Under the pieces are notes generated by a model. That model was given only the letters and a program-made list of their open reading frames with translations. It did not search any database and had not been told where the DNA came from. A program made the position numbers and the translations under genes. Shown here one piece after another: positions 1 to 10,301 of a stretch of 64,000 bases of DNA. The stretch is from Rikenellaceae bacterium (GTDB lineage Bacteria; Bacteroidota; Bacteroidia; Bacteroidales; Rikenellaceae): assembly GCA_047172325.1 (NCBI GenBank), contig JBCQWG010000004.1:7118-71117 (forward strand), in the 5' to 3' direction. Every line of letters begins with the position of its first letter. The first letter of the stretch is position 1.

Positions 1-234
1 GATCCTAGCGCCTAACCCTCCTCCAATATTTCCATATTTAAGTTCAATATCTGGCCTAGAACTCGCTACGCCTGCAAGTAGGCTACTATCCTCTTTCCAG
101 TGAAAAAAGTAAAATATTGAGGCTAATGTAGCAAAAAAGCCTATGAGCACGATCATAACTCCAAGAATTATGCGCATGCTACCCATTGACCCTCTATTAT
201 CAATTATATTGTCTTTATCTTCTGTTGTTGCCAT
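1..234 (-). CDS. ftsK: DNA translocase FtsK, N-terminal membrane region (partial, runs off window start)
   Basis: Manual translation from ATG at 234: MATTEDKDNIIDNRGSMGSMRIILGVMIVLIGFFATLASIFYFFHWKEDSS...YGNIGGGLGARI. A TM helix, then W-x-x-D, then N-x-G-G-x-L-G-A is typical of the FtsK 4TM domain. Not in the ORF track. Confidence 0.65.
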   Translation of the reverse strand, partial: MATTEDKDNIIDNRGSMGSMRIILGVMIVLIGFFATLASIFYFFHWKEDSSLLAGVASSRPDIELKYGNIGGGLGARI

Positions 235-238
235 GATT

Positions 239-1006
239 TTATATTTTACTCTTATTAATTAGCTTATTACAATAACTCTCACCCGCAAAAGATATAAATT
301 TATCGTTTAACTCTGCATCCTTTGGAGCCGCCATATCAAATTGCTCCAATAGTCGTTCAATCCTTCTTACTATAGCTGGAGAGGGATCTATAATCTCTAT
401 ATCACGCTCCCCTACAGCTTTAATAATTTGAGGCATTAAAAATGGATAATGAGTACATCCTAACACTATCTTATCCACATGTTTAGATATCAATATATCA
501 ACTATTTCTTTAACTAAGTAACAACTCTCTTCACTCTCTTCCAAGCCCTCCTCTACAATCTCAACGAAGCCCTCACCAACTTGGCTAATAATCTCTACGC
601 TACCTGCATATTTTGATAGAGTCTCAGCATATAAATCACTCTCCAAACTTCTCTTTGTGGCCAATACCGCAACCACGCCACTCTTCGTATCTCTGCACGC
701 AGGTTTAATAGCAGGCTCCATGCCAACAAATGGAATATCCTTATACGCAGCCCGAAGTTGACTTATTGCAGTTGATGTAGCAGTATTGCAAGCAACCACG
801 ATCATCTTACATCCATAGGAGAGCAGCTCCTCAACAGCCTCAAACGCATATTTAGTAATCTCGGAGGGTGATTTATCTCCGTATGGGCAGTTCTTACCAT
901 CGCCCAAGTATACTATTGACTCATGCGGTAGAGAGCGGCGAATTGCCCTTCGCAACGAGAGTCCACCCATCCCTGAATCATATACCCCTATCGGCCTCTT
1001 ATCCAT
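239..1006 (-). CDS. murI: Glutamate racemase
   Basis: Motifs DSGMGG, PYG, VACNTA, LGCTHYP. Confidence 0.96.
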   Translation of the reverse strand: MDKRPIGVYDSGMGGLSLRRAIRRSLPHESIVYLGDGKNCPYGDKSPSEITKYAFEAVEELLSYGCKMIVVACNTATSTAISQLRAAYKDIPFVGMEPAIKPACRDTKSGVVAVLATKRSLESDLYAETLSKYAGSVEIISQVGEGFVEIVEEGLEESEESCYLVKEIVDILISKHVDKIVLGCTHYPFLMPQIIKAVGERDIEIIDPSPAIVRRIERLLEQFDMAAPKDAELNDKFISFAGESYCNKLINKSKI

Positions 1007-1012
1007 ACTATA

Positions 1013-1534
1013 CTACGTAGATTCTATTCTTCTAATAATTGTATCAATGATCTCATCGTCACCACAATGATCGCACTCAATGATTAAACTTGCTTCATTA
1101 TAGCGAGCATCTCGCTGAGCAATACCACTCCTCATAAAGTCTAAAAGCTCCGAATCACTCAAACCTCGTAACTTCGGACGCTTCTCCCGCCCAAACTCAC
1201 TTATGCGACTACATATATCCTCTGCCGATCTTCGCAGATATACGGTGATACCTGCTCTATTCATAATATCCATATTTTCGCCCCACATAGGAGCTCCACC
1301 TCCAGTTGAAATGATAGCATCTAAATTATTATCAATCAACTTTTTAATTATAGATGATTCTAATCTACGGAAATGCTCTTCTCCATAGGTGTCAAATATC
1401 TCAGCAACAGTTATTCCTTCTTGTGCAACTATCTCCTTATCTGTATCGAATAGTTGCATTTGCAATCTCTTATTGAGCTTACGACCTATCGTGCTCTTTC
1501 CGCACGCCATATATCCGACTAAAAAAATCAACAT
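1013..1534 (-). CDS. aroK: Shikimate kinase
   Basis: P-loop GYMACGKST, DTD, GEEHFR, STGGG. Confidence 0.95.
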   Translation of the reverse strand: MLIFLVGYMACGKSTIGRKLNKRLQMQLFDTDKEIVAQEGITVAEIFDTYGEEHFRRLESSIIKKLIDNNLDAIISTGGGAPMWGENMDIMNRAGITVYLRRSAEDICSRISEFGREKRPKLRGLSDSELLDFMRSGIAQRDARYNEASLIIECDHCGDDEIIDTIIRRIEST

Positions 1535-1549
1535 GATAATTACCTTTAA

Positions 1550-4192
1550 TTAAAATAGTCCTAACTGCTGAGTATCAATGATTACCTCGCTATCATCATT
1601 CTGTTCTTCCACTGGTGGTAAATCATTATCATCTACCCTCTCTTCGGTCGATACACTAGCCTCTATAAAGGTTAAGGTATCAACCTCATATGTGCTGAGC
1701 CTCTTACCTTTAGCCCTATGACTTTTGATAGATATAAACTCATCCACCTCAATTATATCATTTGGTCGATATTTATGTGCACCTTTATATGACAACTCTA
1801 GTTTTGAGTTATTTGTACTACAATATGTTATCAAAGTACAGTTGCCATCCTCCCCTAAGAAATATTGAATTTTATCCGTTAGCTCAAGTTCAAATCGCTT
1901 TAAGTAGAAATAATTCTGATCTCGATCGAAATAACAAATGTTATATACTGTGTTAGCTATATACTTCTCCACTCTTAGTGTGTCATCGGGGAAGTGCTGC
2001 ATAAGATCAAAATTAGTTATATAATATTGATTCTTAGCAGTCCACACAACAATCTTATCATCTCCCTTGAACTCACCTAGGAGCACTCCATGTTCATCAT
2101 TATTAAGTCTACGAACATCATTGTCATACCATATATTCTGGCCTGCTAGAGTCGATGTACCGCGCTCCTTAACTACAATTTTATGAATTGGATAACGCGA
2201 GAAGAGGTTACCTTGACTCTGACGGCCCTTAATAGCTAATGTCGAGAAGTCAAGATCAATAATGAGTTTCTTTAAGCGTGGACGAGGTTTAAAGTATATT
2301 TTTAGCACCTCTGCCTCACCATTTCCATTTACGGAGAGGTAGAGCAACTCACTCTTGGCGGTACCCTTAGTAAGGTTATACTCCTTATCACGAGTAATAG
2401 CCTTAATAGCGCAACGCTTCATCATAATTGGCCCTAGTCGTCCATCTCGATAGATAACATTATAGATAGTTCGCTCATCATTACGCTTAAACACACCTAT
2501 ATAATATATATTCTTATCAAAGAAAGCCTTATCACTAACTTTAGTGATGATATAACGGCCATCCTTGGTGATGACTATAACATCGTCTATATCTGAACAG
2601 TCGCAAACCAATTCACCATCTTTCATTGATTTACCTATACCAAAGAAGCCCTCCTCGCGATCTACATATAGCTTAGCATTAGTCACTGCAACCTTGGTCG
2701 CTTCAATCATATCAAACTCTCTCAACTCTGTGCGACGCTCTTTCCCCTTTCCAAATTTATCACGAATACGTTCGTAATATGCAATTGCAAACTCTGTGAG
2801 ATTATCCAAATAGTTTTGAGTCTCTTTGATATCCTCTTCAATACCTTTAATCTCATTATCAGCCTTGTCGGTATCGTAACGAGAGATACGAATAAAGCGC
2901 AACTCGGTTAGACGCTGCACATCCTCTGTCGTTACTTCACGACGCAACAACTTCTTGAAAGGAGTCAATCCACCATCGACGGCTGCATATGCTTCGTCAC
3001 GTGAGCGACACCCTTCGATAAGTTGGTATAGCTTATTCTCAATGAATATTCTTTCGAGTGATGCAGCGTGCCACGCCTTATTCAATTCTCCTAGCTTAAT
3101 TGTAAGTTCAAGCCCAAGAAGTGCCTTGGTGTGATCTGCCGAACGTCGTAAAATCTCACTAACACCCAAGAAGTGAGGCTTATCATCATAAATCACACAT
3201 GAGTTAGGTGCAATTGACACCTCGCAATCGGAAAAGGCATAAAGGGCATCTATCGTGCGATCGCTCGACTCATCATTTGCCACCTGAATTATCAGCTCTA
3301 CCTTCTCTGCGGTATTGTCATCAACCTTCTTTATCTTTATCTTACCCTTCTCATTAGCCTTAATAATAGAGTCTTTAAGTGACTCTGTGGTGGTGGTATA
3401 TGGGATCTCCGTTATAGACAATGTTCTTTTATCTATTTTTGAGATCTTTGCACGCACCTTAACAGTACCTCCACGCAGACCATCGTTATATCGGCTTGCA
3501 TCCATCATACCACCAGTCTGAAAATCTGGATATAGAACAAACTCCTCTCCCTTAAGGTGATGAATTGAAGCGTTTATCAACTCTATAAAATTATGAGGTA
3601 GAATCTTGGATGCTAGACCAACAGCAATACCATCTGCTCCCTGCGCTAAGAGCAAAGGGAATTTAATAGGCAGGGTTACAGGCTCATCTTTACGACCATC
3701 GTATGAGAGCATCCACTCAGTGGTCTTCTTATTAAAGACCACCTCAAGGGCAAACTTCGATAATCGAGCCTCGATATAACGACCCGCAGCAGCTGCATCA
3801 CCCGTAAGGATGTTACCCCAGTTTCCTTGGCAGTCGATCAAAAGATTCTTTTGACCAAGTTGAACCAAAGCATCTTTAATGGAGGCATCACCATGTGGGT
3901 GATACTGCATGGTTTGACCTACGATGTTGGCAACCTTATTGTAGCGACCATCATCCACAACCTTCATGGCATGCAATATACGACGCTGAACAGGCTTCAG
4001 TCCATCATGAACATGTGGCACTGCACGCTCTAGAATTACATACGAGGCATAATCCAAAAACCAACTCTTATACATACCAGTTAGCTTTCTGACATTAGCC
4101 TCCTCCTCGATAAGCCTACTATATTTTCCTGTGACTACAGTCGAACTCTCCACCACCGTCTCAAGGTTAATTATCTCTCTCTCTTCGCTCAT
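1550..4192 (-). CDS. parC: DNA topoisomerase IV subunit A (Bacteroidota type)
   Basis: DGLKPVQRR, YHPHGD, catalytic AAGRY; directly downstream of parE. Confidence 0.93.
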   Translation of the reverse strand: MSEEREIINLETVVESSTVVTGKYSRLIEEEANVRKLTGMYKSWFLDYASYVILERAVPHVHDGLKPVQRRILHAMKVVDDGRYNKVANIVGQTMQYHPHGDASIKDALVQLGQKNLLIDCQGNWGNILTGDAAAAGRYIEARLSKFALEVVFNKKTTEWMLSYDGRKDEPVTLPIKFPLLLAQGADGIAVGLASKILPHNFIELINASIHHLKGEEFVLYPDFQTGGMMDASRYNDGLRGGTVKVRAKISKIDKRTLSITEIPYTTTTESLKDSIIKANEKGKIKIKKVDDNTAEKVELIIQVANDESSDRTIDALYAFSDCEVSIAPNSCVIYDDKPHFLGVSEILRRSADHTKALLGLELTIKLGELNKAWHAASLERIFIENKLYQLIEGCRSRDEAYAAVDGGLTPFKKLLRREVTTEDVQRLTELRFIRISRYDTDKADNEIKGIEEDIKETQNYLDNLTEFAIAYYERIRDKFGKGKERRTELREFDMIEATKVAVTNAKLYVDREEGFFGIGKSMKDGELVCDCSDIDDVIVITKDGRYIITKVSDKAFFDKNIYYIGVFKRNDERTIYNVIYRDGRLGPIMMKRCAIKAITRDKEYNLTKGTAKSELLYLSVNGNGEAEVLKIYFKPRPRLKKLIIDLDFSTLAIKGRQSQGNLFSRYPIHKIVVKERGTSTLAGQNIWYDNDVRRLNNDEHGVLLGEFKGDDKIVVWTAKNQYYITNFDLMQHFPDDTLRVEKYIANTVYNICYFDRDQNYFYLKRFELELTDKIQYFLGEDGNCTLITYCSTNNSKLELSYKGAHKYRPNDIIEVDEFISIKSHRAKGKRLSTYEVDTLTFIEASVSTEERVDDNDLPPVEEQNDDSEVIIDTQQLGLF

Positions 4193-4195
4193 ACC

Positions 4196-6052
4196 CTACT
4201 CCTCAATAATATCCTCCTCAACACGAAGATTGTTAATAATAAAACTCTGTCGCTCAGGGCCATTCTTACCCATATAGAACTCCAACATATCATGTATTGG
4301 ATCATCCTTAGTCATTCTAACCTTATCGAGCATCATCTTATCGCCGATAAACTCTTTGAACTCATCTGCCGAGATCTCTCCAAGACCTTTGAATCGAGTT
4401 ATCTCAGCGCTGCTACCACAATCTGCTATAGCTTTTAAACGCTCCTCCTCCGTGTAGCAATAGAAGGTCTCCTTTTTATTACGAACCCTAAATAGCGGTG
4501 TTTGCAATATGTATAGATGTCCCGATCTGATTATATCGGGGAAGAATTGCAGGAAGAAGGTCAATAATAGAAGACGAATGTGCATGCCATCGACATCAGC
4601 ATCCGTTGCTACAATAACTTTATTATAGCGCAAGTTATCCATATCGTCTTCAATGTTTAAAGCAGCCTGTAATAGGTTAAACTCCTCATTCTCGTAGACA
4701 ACTTTCTTTGTCAACCCGAAACAGTTAAGTGGTTTTCCCCTCAATGAAAAGACCGCCTGCGTGCGCACATCACGGCTAGAGGTGATAGAGCCAGACGCAG
4801 AGTTACCCTCCGTGATAAAGATCATTGACGACTCAGCCAACTCATTTTTATCCGTAAGATGTATCTTACAATCTCTAAGTTTCTTATTATTAAGAGAGAC
4901 CTTCTTAGCAGTCTCTCTAGCCTTCTTCTGAATACCAGAGATAGCCTTACGCTCTTTTTCGTTTTCAACGATTTTCTTTTGTAGGATCTGGGCACTCTCT
5001 GGGTTTTTATGAAGATAGTTATCTAAGTTTTGAGATAAAAACTCCATTATATAGTTGCGCAGAGATACTCCCGGCTCAATCTCCTTAGATCCTAACTTAA
5101 TCTTTGTTTGAGACTCAAATACCGGATCAGTGACCTTGACCGACACCGCAGCAATAATTGATGTTCTAATATCAGACGCATCATAATCCTTATGATAGAA
5201 ATCTTTGATGACTTTTACTATAGCTTCACGGAATGCAGCTTGATGCGTACCTCCTTGCAGTGTATATTGACCATTAACGAATGAGTAGTAGCTCTCACCA
5301 TACCCTGTCCCATGAGATATAGCAACCTCAATATCTTGACCCGAAAGGTGAATCGGAGGATATAATGGCGCCTCAGTCATATTCTCATTCAAAAGATCCA
5401 ACAATCCATTTTTAGAGACATATGGTTGACCATTAAGATAGAAGGTGAGACCCAAGTTTAGATATGTAAAGTTACGAACCATCTGCTCAACATACTCCAT
5501 ATTAAAGGAGTAGCTACCGAAGACAGCCTCATCAACTTTAAATGAGATAAATGTGCCGTTCTTCTCCTTAACGCCACTCTCCCACTTATCACTAACCTCA
5601 ACACCTTGCTCAAAGTAGACCGTTCTAGACTCTCCATCTCGTATTGAACGCGCTGTAAATTCACTTGACAACATGTTTACAGCTTTAACACCGACTCCAT
5701 TCAGACCGACGCTCTTTTTGAAGGCTGTACCATTATATTTACCACCAGTATTCATCTCGCTAACAGCAGCTGTTAACGACTTAAGAGGTATACCACGGCC
5801 ATAATCTCTAATGCGAACAATATTGTCAACTATATCTATCTCAATACGATTACCAGCACCCATGATAAACTCATCAATAGAGTTGTCTACAACCTCCTTG
5901 ATAAGCACATAAATACCATCATCACTCTGAGTTCCATCTCCGAGCTTTCCAATATACATACCGGGACGTAATCGTATATGCTCGCGAGGGGTTAGAGTGA
6001 CGATAGCATCATCGCCATACACCTCGTTTTGTTTAATATTTAGCTCTGCCAT
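4196..6052 (-). CDS. parE: DNA topoisomerase IV subunit B
   Basis: [32 protein letters not shown]-like SLRGK, DADVDG, RFKGLGE. Confidence 0.94.
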   Translation of the reverse strand: MAELNIKQNEVYGDDAIVTLTPREHIRLRPGMYIGKLGDGTQSDDGIYVLIKEVVDNSIDEFIMGAGNRIEIDIVDNIVRIRDYGRGIPLKSLTAAVSEMNTGGKYNGTAFKKSVGLNGVGVKAVNMLSSEFTARSIRDGESRTVYFEQGVEVSDKWESGVKEKNGTFISFKVDEAVFGSYSFNMEYVEQMVRNFTYLNLGLTFYLNGQPYVSKNGLLDLLNENMTEAPLYPPIHLSGQDIEVAISHGTGYGESYYSFVNGQYTLQGGTHQAAFREAIVKVIKDFYHKDYDASDIRTSIIAAVSVKVTDPVFESQTKIKLGSKEIEPGVSLRNYIMEFLSQNLDNYLHKNPESAQILQKKIVENEKERKAISGIQKKARETAKKVSLNNKKLRDCKIHLTDKNELAESSMIFITEGNSASGSITSSRDVRTQAVFSLRGKPLNCFGLTKKVVYENEEFNLLQAALNIEDDMDNLRYNKVIVATDADVDGMHIRLLLLTFFLQFFPDIIRSGHLYILQTPLFRVRNKKETFYCYTEEERLKAIADCGSSAEITRFKGLGEISADEFKEFIGDKMMLDKVRMTKDDPIHDMLEFYMGKNGPERQSFIINNLRVEEDIIEE

Positions 6053-6777
6053 TATTGTTTGCGAATAGTATTAAGTGCTTGAATCATCTGTGAACGAATC
6101 ATCTCAGCGAGTTCTTTAGTTTCAGTTTGCGCCACAACATCCGCTGCGATGGGTGGCAACACCTTTAATGTGGTATGGTTACGCCAATTGAACATTCCAT
6201 ACTTTTTAAATGCTGACTTGGTACCCTCCATAACTATTGGTAGGATCTCAACACCAGCCTCTTTAGCTAAGTTGAACGCTCCCGCCTTAAAGCGATGAAT
6301 CTCTCCATCCTTAGAGCGAGTCCCCTCTGGAAATATCGCAACGGAGACCCCTCGTGAGAGCCATTTGCATCCATCGGTCACAACTTTACGCATAGCAACT
6401 TTTGGATTGCCCCTCTCTATTGCAATATCACCATGAATGATTAGAAATTGTCCAAAAAATGGGATTCTAAACACCTCCTTTTTAGAGACCCATCTAAAGT
6501 GGAAACTCAGCAGGTATAGGGTGGGAATATCCATCATATTTTGGTGATTGATAACAACCACATAACTTCTCTTAGGATCAAGATTCTCTCCTCCCTCAAC
6601 CGTGGTTGGCCAATAGATAGAACCTCCATAGAATATCCGGGTCATAAACAAAGTTAACCAATGCACGACCCTACGTCCACGATCAAATGGAGCGCACACA
6701 ACCAATGCCACCACGGAGAGTAGCATAATGAATGTACAAAATAGTACAAGAAAAATATAATATAATAGACTTATCAT
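6052..6777 (-). CDS. plsC: 1-acyl-sn-glycerol-3-phosphate acyltransferase (lysophospholipid acyltransferase family)
   Basis: NHQNMMD (HX4D), FPEGTRS, N-terminal TM. Confidence 0.88.
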   Translation of the reverse strand: MISLLYYIFLVLFCTFIMLLSVVALVVCAPFDRGRRVVHWLTLFMTRIFYGGSIYWPTTVEGGENLDPKRSYVVVINHQNMMDIPTLYLLSFHFRWVSKKEVFRIPFFGQFLIIHGDIAIERGNPKVAMRKVVTDGCKWLSRGVSVAIFPEGTRSKDGEIHRFKAGAFNLAKEAGVEILPIVMEGTKSAFKKYGMFNWRNHTTLKVLPPIAADVVAQTETKELAEMIRSQMIQALNTIRKQ

Positions 6778-6812
6778 CTGCTGCTCGTAATTTTGAACTA
6801 ATTATCAGTTGA

Positions 6813-6843
6813 CAAATTTAAAAAAAAATCTGCAAATTACAAA
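6813..6843 (-). promoter_or_regulatory. Bacteroidota sigma-A promoter upstream of plsC-parE-parC-aroK-murI-ftsK
   Basis: Minus-strand -7 element TAAATTTG (6813-6820) and -33 TTTG (6840-6843) with 19-nt spacing. Confidence 0.6.
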
Positions 6844-6864
6844 ATACACACTGCTTAAATGTAA

Positions 6865-6912
6865 ATATAATTATGGGATCTACCCTCGCAAGAGTAGATC
6901 CCATAATTATAT
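6865..6912 (-). terminator. Intrinsic terminator-like hairpin downstream of pfk
   Basis: 19-bp inverted repeat ATATAATTATGGGATCTAC / GTAGATCCCATAATTATAT. Confidence 0.7.
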
Positions 6913-6935
6913 ATAAATCTGATAGTTATACTAGA

Positions 6936-8168
6936 TTACCATCCAAGAATCTTATTAAAGTCATATGTTTCAGGATCAGGCACGTATGCTTTTGCAGCCT
7001 CGTAATCAGCCTCCGTTACATAGCTTAGGATATTGTCAACAACAGCCTTCACCTTATCTGAGTTGATATTCACCAAACGTGGTGGAATCTTTCCTGTTGT
7101 TGGATCTTGAAGATCCTTTAGATACAATGGAGATACATTACCCTCAGTGTCAACAAAGACCATGCAGCCAGTTTTGCCATCTGCGAATAGTTTGTAAACA
7201 CCCATACCAAGCTCAGAGCAGTAAGTAAGGTCGAATGCAGCTGGAGTCTGGCAACGAACCTCGTAGCCTATCTCTACTGGACGACTCTTAACTTTGATAC
7301 CAACCTCTTTGAGCTTCTTCTCCAACATCTCGTTGAAGATGTGAGCCTTAGAGACTTTACCTAGCTCTGGGTGGCCATGATCGTCATACGAGAAGCTTAC
7401 ACCGCTCTTCTTGATCTCCTCATCGGAAAGCTCATGGAATACACCCTCAGAGATCATTGCAGCACCATAATCCATGCCTGTGATCTTACGCTTGATGATT
7501 GACGATACTACAAGGTTAACGATCTTATCAACTGTGATCTCAGTCTTGTTGAACATCTCAGGGATAACAATCATTGGGTAGTGACAAGCCTCACCAATAC
7601 CGAAAGCAAGGTGACCTGCCGAGCGACCCATAGCTGCAACTACAAACCAGTTGCCACTTGTGCGCGCATCAACATATACGGCACGAGCAATCACTGCACC
7701 ACTATCCTTTGCTGACTCATAACCAAAGGTTGGAGTACCGGCTGGCAATGGAAGGTCATTGTCAATGGTCTTTGGAACGTGGATATTTGCAATTGGGTAC
7801 TGCTTCTCCTCAAGGAACTTAGCGATACGGTTTGCTGTTGAAGCTGTATCATCACCACCAACTGTCACAAGCAACTTGATATTATTCTTGATAAAGAAAT
7901 CAAGATTAAAGTTGTTCGCAAAATCGTTATCTGTTGGCTTAAAACGACTCATCTGAAGGAATGAACCACCACGATTAAAAATGTCGTCAGCCATTGGGAA
8001 TGAGATCTCAACAGTGTTTGGATTTGGATTGAAAAGACCAGAGTAACCACCATTAAGGCCGATCACAGTGTAACCTTTTTGAAGGAATGTCTTAGCGACA
8101 CTACCAACAACGGTGTTCATGCCCGGAGCAGGACCACCACCTGTAAGAATTGCAATTGCTTCTTTCAT
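6936..8168 (-). CDS. pfkA: Phosphofructokinase, probably PPi-dependent
   Basis: TGGGPAPG, GGDDT (second Asp marks PPi use), PKTIDND, MGR. Promoter TATCTTTG at 8214-8221. Confidence 0.9.
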   Translation of the reverse strand: MKEAIAILTGGGPAPGMNTVVGSVAKTFLQKGYTVIGLNGGYSGLFNPNPNTVEISFPMADDIFNRGGSFLQMSRFKPTDNDFANNFNLDFFIKNNIKLLVTVGGDDTASTANRIAKFLEEKQYPIANIHVPKTIDNDLPLPAGTPTFGYESAKDSGAVIARAVYVDARTSGNWFVVAAMGRSAGHLAFGIGEACHYPMIVIPEMFNKTEITVDKIVNLVVSSIIKRKITGMDYGAAMISEGVFHELSDEEIKKSGVSFSYDDHGHPELGKVSKAHIFNEMLEKKLKEVGIKVKSRPVEIGYEVRCQTPAAFDLTYCSELGMGVYKLFADGKTGCMVFVDTEGNVSPLYLKDLQDPTTGKIPPRLVNINSDKVKAVVDNILSYVTEADYEAAKAYVPDPETYDFNKILGW

Positions 8169-8264
8169 AGTTTATTATATAATTTAGTTCGAATTTATTC
8201 TAAAATAGCCGACCAAAGATAGTTATAATTCGGCAATAATCAAAAAGAATAAATAAAAATCAAT

Positions 8265-9260
8265 TTAACCCACTAAAATAGACTCTATCTTATCTAGGGT
8301 ATCTGCCTCCAACGTCTCCATTGAGACCACTGCTGCGATATCTTCAATCTGAGAGACTTTGCTTGCTCCAATCAAAACGGAGGTAACGACATTTCTATTA
8401 CTACGCAAGAGCCACTTAACAGCTAATTGGGCAAGGGTCATGCCGAGTGATTGAGCAATATCGTTAAGGGCCGCAACTTGTGCTATCTTATCTGGGGTGA
8501 TATCAGCCTCCTTCAAGAAGAGGTTACGCACAGCTCGTGAGTCAGATGGAATACCATTGATATACTTATCTGAAAGTAATCCTTGAGCCAATGGCGAGAA
8601 TGCAATAAATCCAGTGCCATTATCTTGAACTGTATCCAGAAGAGAGTCTTCAACATTACGAACCATCATAGAGTATTTCGATTGCTCGATAAGACATGGC
8701 GTGCCAAGTGATTTAAGCACCGCTACAGCATCTGTAAATTGTTTCGGGGAGTAATTCGAAAGACCCACATAGAGGGCTTTGCCTTGTCGCACAACTTGGT
8801 CTAACGCCGCCATCGACTCCTCGATAGGAGTATTGGGATCTGGACGATGATGATAGAAGATATCCACATAATCGAGCCCCATACGTTTTAAGCTCTGATC
8901 GAGACTCGATATAATATATTTACGACTCCCCCAATCCCCATAAGGACCCGGCCACATGGTGTAACCCGCCTTCGTTGAGATGATTAACTCATCGCGATAT
9001 GGCATAAGATCACTTCTTAGAATCTTTCCGAAGTTCGTCTCAGCACTGCCGGGAGATGGTCCATAATTATTTGCTAAATCAAAGTGTGTTATACCTAAAT
9101 CGAAAGCCCTAAGCAACATTGCACGACCATTTTCGAAATCGTCAACATCACCAAAGTTCTGCCATAGACCAAGTGAAATCTCTGGGAGCATAATCCCGCT
9201 TCTTCCACAACGTCGATACTTCATCTCAGAGTATCTATCTTCTGCCGCTTTATAACTCAT
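8265..9260 (-). CDS. Aldo/keto reductase, YghZ/Gpr (L-glyceraldehyde-3-phosphate reductase)-like
   Basis: LGLWQNFG, THFDLANNYGP, ISTKAG, WPGPYGDWGSRKY, FSPLAQGLL. Confidence 0.88.
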   Translation of the reverse strand: MSYKAAEDRYSEMKYRRCGRSGIMLPEISLGLWQNFGDVDDFENGRAMLLRAFDLGITHFDLANNYGPSPGSAETNFGKILRSDLMPYRDELIISTKAGYTMWPGPYGDWGSRKYIISSLDQSLKRMGLDYVDIFYHHRPDPNTPIEESMAALDQVVRQGKALYVGLSNYSPKQFTDAVAVLKSLGTPCLIEQSKYSMMVRNVEDSLLDTVQDNGTGFIAFSPLAQGLLSDKYINGIPSDSRAVRNLFLKEADITPDKIAQVAALNDIAQSLGMTLAQLAVKWLLRSNRNVVTSVLIGASKVSQIEDIAAVVSMETLEADTLDKIESILVG

Positions 9261-9313
9261 AATCGTAAAGTTTTTGATTTGAGTGTAAATTTAAACAAAT
9301 TTATTGATTATTC

Positions 9314-9351
9314 AAAAAAAATAGAGGTTTACAGCAAACTGCAAACCTCTA
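9314..9351 (-). terminator. Intrinsic terminator after the galK-nucleotidyltransferase pair
   Basis: Hairpin TAGAGGTTT-A-CAG..CTG-C-AAACCTCTA followed on the minus strand by an 8-nt U tract. Confidence 0.65.
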
Positions 9352-9375
9352 AAATTACAATAATCTCGAAAGAGT

Positions 9376-10284
9376 TTATGCGAAGAGTTTATTTGGATAT
9401 TCACCCGCCTCAACAAGTGCTGCAATCTTTGCAACTACATCTGGACGATCCTCTGCATAAGTCACACCAAACCACTTTGAAGTGGTGTCGAGAACTTTCA
9501 CCTTAGCCTCACCACTTTGAATAAGATCATTCACGGCGATTGGTATGTAGAACTCAGCTTTTGGTGTATTGAGATTCTCTTTAAGGAACTCTATGAAGAT
9601 ACGCTCTGAGAACTCAAAGAAATCTGGAGTGAAGCCCCACATATTCATAGAGACTGGTGTTGTCTCAGCGATTGTTTGAATCTCATTATTTTCATCTGGG
9701 AATTGTACTTCACCCTCAGCGTTGCGTGCAATTGCTGTACGCTCAACAACAGTTGTTAAGTACCCCTCTTCATTAGTGCCACATACACCACGTGAAACTG
9801 TACCGCTCTCAGAGAGTGTGTTACCTACGCGGTATCCTACCATGCAATAGTCACCCTTTTGAGTATACTCCTTAGATAGCTCTGCACCAATCACAGCAAA
9901 GCTATCACGACCATAGAAGTCGTCGGCATTAATTACTGCAAATGGCTCTTTGATAACATCCTTACCCATTAAAACAGCGTGATTTGTACCCCAAGGTTTT
10001 GTGCGCTCCTCTGGCTTTGTGAAGCCCGCAGGTAGATCATCAATAGATTGGAAAACGAGTTCTACTGGAATTGAGTTCTCATACTTTGGAAGGATCTGCT
10101 CGCGGAAAGCCTCCTCAAAATCACGACGAATTACAAATACAACCTTTCCAAAGCCACCACGAATAGCGTCAAAAATTGAGTAATCCATAATTGTCTCACC
10201 ATTAGGGCCAAGACCATCAAGTTGTTTGAGTCCTCCGTAACGGCTACCCATGCCTGCTGCAAGGACAAAAAGTGTTGGTTTCAT
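9376..10284 (-). CDS. Sugar-phosphate nucleotidyltransferase (NTP_transferase family)
   Basis: LAAGMGSRYGGLKQ, KPWGT, VINADDFYG. Confidence 0.85.
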   Translation of the reverse strand: MKPTLFVLAAGMGSRYGGLKQLDGLGPNGETIMDYSIFDAIRGGFGKVVFVIRRDFEEAFREQILPKYENSIPVELVFQSIDDLPAGFTKPEERTKPWGTNHAVLMGKDVIKEPFAVINADDFYGRDSFAVIGAELSKEYTQKGDYCMVGYRVGNTLSESGTVSRGVCGTNEEGYLTTVVERTAIARNAEGEVQFPDENNEIQTIAETTPVSMNMWGFTPDFFEFSERIFIEFLKENLNTPKAEFYIPIAVNDLIQSGEAKVKVLDTTSKWFGVTYAEDRPDVVAKIAALVEAGEYPNKLFA

Positions 10285-10301
10285 CTATTATATATTTGAA
10301 A

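Noticed and set aside
3878-3902. Ala at the ParC quinolone-resistance position (HPHGDAS)
   Set aside because: From recall this is the usual Bacteroidota ParC sequence, not evidence of acquired resistance.
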